Assembly (NCBI GenBank): GCA_000175855.1
Contig: ACYB01000035.1
Location: 270,001-302,000, forward strand
Length of the DNA: 32,000 bases
Source: Raphidiopsis brookii D9
Lineage (GTDB): Bacteria; Cyanobacteriota; Cyanobacteriia; Cyanobacteriales; Nostocaceae
Direction of reading: 5' to 3'
Shown here: positions 28,359 to 32,000 of the stretch, piece after piece
Layout: each line of letters starts with the position of its first letter
Position numbering within the stretch: position 1 is the stretch's first letter
Made by a program: the position numbers and the translations under genes
The notes under the pieces: model-generated
Told to the model about the DNA's origin: nothing
The model's database searches: none
The model's input: only the letters and a program-made list of their open reading frames with translations

Positions 28359-29390
28359 TTAACCTATATGTGTTGAGATTTGTATCTTTTTTTGTGATCC
28401 CGGTTGATAACTTTGCAAAACTTTCATATATTGGGCCCTTTCAAAAGTGGTAGGATCAGGACAGTTGAGCTGACTCATGGTACCCTGCATTTGTCTAACG
28501 GATTCGTATTCGTGGGTCTCCATCCATTTAATTACATCCTGCTGTAATGATTTAAGATAATTAATTCCATTTCGCAAAATTACAGAGCAGAGCATAGTTG
28601 TACTTGCACCAACCATAAGCATTTTAATAATATCCTGAGCATTGTGAATACCACTAGTTGCAGCAAGACTACCCTGAATATGACCATAGAGGATCGCTAT
28701 CCAGCGTAGGGGTAACCGCATGGCTTGGGGCGTACTTAAAAGAACCTGGGGTTCAACCTCTAAGGTTTCTAAATTAATGTCGGGTTGATAAAACCGATTA
28801 AATAAGACCAGTCCATCAGCTCCAGCACGGTCTAAACGTTTTGCCATATTAGCAGTATTAGTAAAATAGGGACTGAGTTTGACGGAAACAGGAATTGTCA
28901 CCGATTTTTTGACTGATCGAAGAATATCAATATAATTCTGTTCAACTTCCGCACTGGTTAAATCTGGATTGGTAGGAACATAGTAGATATTTAATTCCAG
29001 TGCAGATGCTCCTGCTTGCTGCATCAGTTGACCATATTCTGTCCACCCACCAGGAGAGAACCCGTTTAAACTGGCAATGATAGGAATATTGACTTGCTCT
29101 TTAGCTGTGCGAATATGTTCTAAATATTCTTGTGGACCAACGCGAAAATCTGCTGGTTCAGGAAAATAGGTCAACGCTTCCGCAAAACTTTCTGTTCCAT
29201 AGGTAAGATGATGATGGAGTTCATATTTTTCCAAAGTCAACTGTTCTTCAAATAGTGAGTGCATCACCACAGCACCTGCACCCGCATCTTCCATCAATTT
29301 GATGTTATCCACATCTTGAGAAGAGGAGAAGCAGAAGGGGACAAGGGGTGATTTTAATTCCATTCCTAGATAGTTAGTAGTCAGGTTCAT
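28359..29390 (-). CDS. dihydroorotate dehydrogenase-like TIM-barrel flavoprotein (non-canonical; function unknown)
   Basis: 343-aa ORF with class-1 DHOD/DPD-like barrel motifs (VSVKLSP, GADGLVLFNR, ATSGIHNAQDIIKMLMVGA). The position of the catalytic-loop motif (N-x-S-C-P-N) reads ELNIYYVPTNP. The start is 12 nt downstream of the nifJ stop. Confidence 0.75.
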   Translation of the reverse strand: MNLTTNYLGMELKSPLVPFCFSSSQDVDNIKLMEDAGAGAVVMHSLFEEQLTLEKYELHHHLTYGTESFAEALTYFPEPADFRVGPQEYLEHIRTAKEQVNIPIIASLNGFSPGGWTEYGQLMQQAGASALELNIYYVPTNPDLTSAEVEQNYIDILRSVKKSVTIPVSVKLSPYFTNTANMAKRLDRAGADGLVLFNRFYQPDINLETLEVEPQVLLSTPQAMRLPLRWIAILYGHIQGSLAATSGIHNAQDIIKMLMVGASTTMLCSVILRNGINYLKSLQQDVIKWMETHEYESVRQMQGTMSQLNCPDPTTFERAQYMKVLQSYQPGSQKKIQISTHIG

Positions 29391-29402
29391 AATGGGTGTG
29401 TG

Positions 29403-32000
29403 TTATTGTTCTGAGAATTTTCTAGCAGCTAAATACTGATACATTTGCCAGCGAGTATTCACATCTTCCTGAGCGGATTGGAGTAAATCCTTAGCTCGTC
29501 CGGGGTTAATTTTGGTGAGCATTTTGAACCTATTTTCCATATACATGGAATTTTCTACAGGTATTCTAGGGTGGCGAGAATCAAGCTGTAGAGGGTTTAA
29601 TCCCTGTAGCAATCGGTCAGGATGATAACGATATAATAACCATCTTCCTGAATCCACAGCAGCTTTTTGATTTTGCATCGCTGTGCTCATATTAATACCA
29701 TGAGCAATACAATGACTGTAGGCAATAATTAGGGATGGTCCATCGTAAGCTTCTGCTTCTAAAAATGCCCTTAAGGTGTGTTCATCTCTTGCTCCCATGG
29801 CCACACTAGCAACGTAAACATTACCATAGTTCATAGCCATTAAACCCAGATCTTTTTTAGCTGCTGGTTTACCTCCTGCAGCAAATTTAGCCACTGCACC
29901 TTTGGGGGTAGATTTGGACATTTGTCCACCAGTATTAGAATAAACTTCTGTGTCCAATACTAAAATATTTACATTAGTTCCACTAGCAATGACATGATCT
30001 AATCCACCGTAACCAATATCATAGGCCCAACCGTCACCTCCAATAATCCATACACTCTTTTTCACCAGGTAGTCAGCTAGGGATTGGAGATTTTTGACCT
30101 GATTGCTGATTTCCGATTCCCCTAGTTCCTCCAGTCTTTGTTTGAGAACTGACACCCGTTCTCTTTGCTCGTAAATATCCGCTTCAGTTTTTTGTTCACA
30201 GTTGAGAATTTCACTAACTAAATTTTCCCCTATACCTATATGGGATATATGGGATGCTAATTGTTGTAGCAAATAAGCTGCTGTTTCCTGTTGTTTATTT
30301 ATAGAAACCCGAAAACCTAGACCAAATTCCGCATTATCTTCAAATAGACTATTAGACCAAGCTGGACCTCTTCCCTGGGAGTTTTTTGTCCAAGGTGTGG
30401 TGGGTAAATTACCACCATATATAGATGAACAACCCGTCGCATTGGCCACAACCATGCGATCGCCAAATAATTGACTCACTAATTTAATATAAGGTGTTTC
30501 ACCACATCCTGCACAAGCACCTGAGAACTCAAATAGGGGTTCTTGCATTTGTTGTTGATTAATATGGTGCAAATTTAAACCCCTCCGGTCTGGATTGGGT
30601 AAATTCAAGAAGAAATCCCAATTTTCCCGTTCTTGTTCTCTTAATGGTCTTTGCTGTACCATATTGATAGCTTTTTTCTTCGGTTCGGCTTTATTTTTAG
30701 CTGGACACACATCAACGCACAAAGCACAACCTGTACAGTCTTCCGCTGCAACCTGAATGGTAAATTTCAATTCATGCCAATCGTGTTCTTTAGCATTAGC
30801 GGTTTTAAAAGTAGGAGGTGCATTTACCAGCTCTTCAGGTTGATAAACCTTACTTCTAATTACGCTATGAGGACAAACCATGACGCATTTACCACATTGA
30901 ATACAAACTTGGGGATCCCAAACTGGTATTTCCTGAGCAATATTGCGTTTTTCCCATTTTGATGTTCCCGTGGGATATGTACCATCTACAGGTAAACAAC
31001 TAACTGGTAAATCATCCCCTTCTCGAGCTATCATTTTGCCTAACACATCTTTGACGAATATAGGTGCATGATCGGGGATAGTTGATTGTAGGGGGGAGGT
31101 AGCTAATGCTGCTTTTGGGGTAATTTGGTGTAAATTGTCTAGGGTTTTATCCACTGCTTGTATATTCATAGCCACAATTTCTTCACCCTTTTTACCGTAG
31201 GTTTTGCGAATGGATTTTTTAATCTTTTCTATGGCTTCTTCCCTAGGTAAAATACCAGAAACAGCAAAGAAACAGACCTGCATGACGGTGTTAATATATC
31301 CACCCATACCGGAATCTCTGGCAACTTTGTAGGCATTAATTACATAGAATTTGATTTGTTTATTGATAATTTCTGCTTGTAAAGAGTTGGGTAGTTTATC
31401 CCATACTTCTTCTGGGTTATATGGTGAATTGAGGAGAAATGTCCCACCGGGAACAAGGTCTTTCAACAGGGGAAATTTTTCCACAAATTCCCATTGATGA
31501 CAACCTAGGAAATTAGCTTTGGTGATTAAATAAGTGGCACGAATTGGTTGAGAACCAAATCGTAAATGAGAAACGGTAACTGAGCCAGATTTTTTAGAAT
31601 CATAGACGAAGTAACCCTGGGCATAATTGTCAGTTTCCTCGCCAATAATTTTGATTGAGTTTTTGTTAGCACCAACCGTACCATCAGCACCTAAACCATA
31701 GAATATGGCTCTCACAATACTATCCGATTCAATGTTAAATTCAGAATCGTATTCTAAACTACTATGGGTCACATCATCCCTGATACCAACTGTAAAATGG
31801 TTTTTAGTAGATATATTCTGATTTGAATCATTGACTCTGGGGAGTAAATGGTCAAACACAGCTTTTACCATAGCAGGTGTAAATTCTTTTGATGATAGCC
31901 CATATCTACCACCTACCACCTGAATTTTATGCAGTTGGGCTTCTCTTAATGCGGTAACAACATCTATATATAGAGGTTCACCAATTGCTCCCGGTTCCTT
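29403..32000 (-). CDS. nifJ: pyruvate:ferredoxin (flavodoxin) oxidoreductase, C-terminal about 865 codons (the N-terminus lies beyond the window end)
   Basis: Two 4Fe-4S ferredoxin motifs (CIQCGKCVMVCPHSV, CTGCALCVDVCPAK) and the TPP-binding region (GGDGWAYDIGYGGLDH). The reading frame stays open upstream of the track's Met at 31919 to position 32000 (...EPGAIGEPLYIDVVTALREAQLHKIQVVGGRYGLSS). Confidence 0.93.
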   Translation of the reverse strand, partial: KEPGAIGEPLYIDVVTALREAQLHKIQVVGGRYGLSSKEFTPAMVKAVFDHLLPRVNDSNQNISTKNHFTVGIRDDVTHSSLEYDSEFNIESDSIVRAIFYGLGADGTVGANKNSIKIIGEETDNYAQGYFVYDSKKSGSVTVSHLRFGSQPIRATYLITKANFLGCHQWEFVEKFPLLKDLVPGGTFLLNSPYNPEEVWDKLPNSLQAEIINKQIKFYVINAYKVARDSGMGGYINTVMQVCFFAVSGILPREEAIEKIKKSIRKTYGKKGEEIVAMNIQAVDKTLDNLHQITPKAALATSPLQSTIPDHAPIFVKDVLGKMIAREGDDLPVSCLPVDGTYPTGTSKWEKRNIAQEIPVWDPQVCIQCGKCVMVCPHSVIRSKVYQPEELVNAPPTFKTANAKEHDWHELKFTIQVAAEDCTGCALCVDVCPAKNKAEPKKKAINMVQQRPLREQERENWDFFLNLPNPDRRGLNLHHINQQQMQEPLFEFSGACAGCGETPYIKLVSQLFGDRMVVANATGCSSIYGGNLPTTPWTKNSQGRGPAWSNSLFEDNAEFGLGFRVSINKQQETAAYLLQQLASHISHIGIGENLVSEILNCEQKTEADIYEQRERVSVLKQRLEELGESEISNQVKNLQSLADYLVKKSVWIIGGDGWAYDIGYGGLDHVIASGTNVNILVLDTEVYSNTGGQMSKSTPKGAVAKFAAGGKPAAKKDLGLMAMNYGNVYVASVAMGARDEHTLRAFLEAEAYDGPSLIIAYSHCIAHGINMSTAMQNQKAAVDSGRWLLYRYHPDRLLQGLNPLQLDSRHPRIPVENSMYMENRFKMLTKINPGRAKDLLQSAQEDVNTRWQMYQYLAARKFSEQ

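Noticed and set aside
1-32000. Mobile elements, defence islands, toxin-antitoxin pairs, CRISPR arrays and rRNA/tRNA genes
   Set aside because: No transposase, integrase, cas, restriction-modification or TA-like ORFs are present in any frame, and there are no long terminal inverted repeats. The window is core chromosome apart from the possibly accessory NYN gene.

Overview
This is a chromosomal window from a cyanobacterium. At least 13 copies of the HIP1 octamer GCGATCGC and genes such as chlI, petJ, opcA and nifJ support that. Close similarity of the proteins to Anabaena/Nostoc sequences suggests a low-GC Nostocales-type organism, but that is inference only. About 24 genes are present, mostly housekeeping, with a dense set of central-carbon and pyruvate-node enzymes: pdhB, pdhA, glk, fbp, zwf, opcA, ppsA, pfkA, nifJ and a DAHP synthase. 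Also present are secDF, ddl, chlI, cytochrome c6, a TonB-like protein, a GT2 glycosyltransferase and three signalling or RNA-related genes: an NYN-LOTUS protein, a CheR-PAS protein and a CBS-PAS hybrid histidine kinase. I found no rRNA or tRNA genes, CRISPR arrays, transposases or recognisable defence systems. The main observation is gene damage. Four genes (NYN-LOTUS, TonB-like, CheR-PAS, pfkA) are interrupted or truncated by single-nucleotide frame changes at short homopolymers. ppsA has an in-frame internal deletion that removes most of its PEP/pyruvate-binding domain. The fbp-zwf-opcA operon lacks tal and may retain a short relic of it. This is either real gene erosion or, for the frameshifts, homopolymer sequencing error. 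Other points worth a second look are a nifJ / DHOD-like / pfkA operon whose DHOD-like member lacks the catalytic Cys/Ser, a GNGxxV hexapeptide repeat in the TonB-like protein, a peptidoglycan-binding-like insert in OpcA, and an A9 slippery tract at the CheR frameshift. I did not find a convincing new multi-gene system. The CheR-PAS / truncated PpsA / CBS-kinase trio is the only candidate, and it is speculative.
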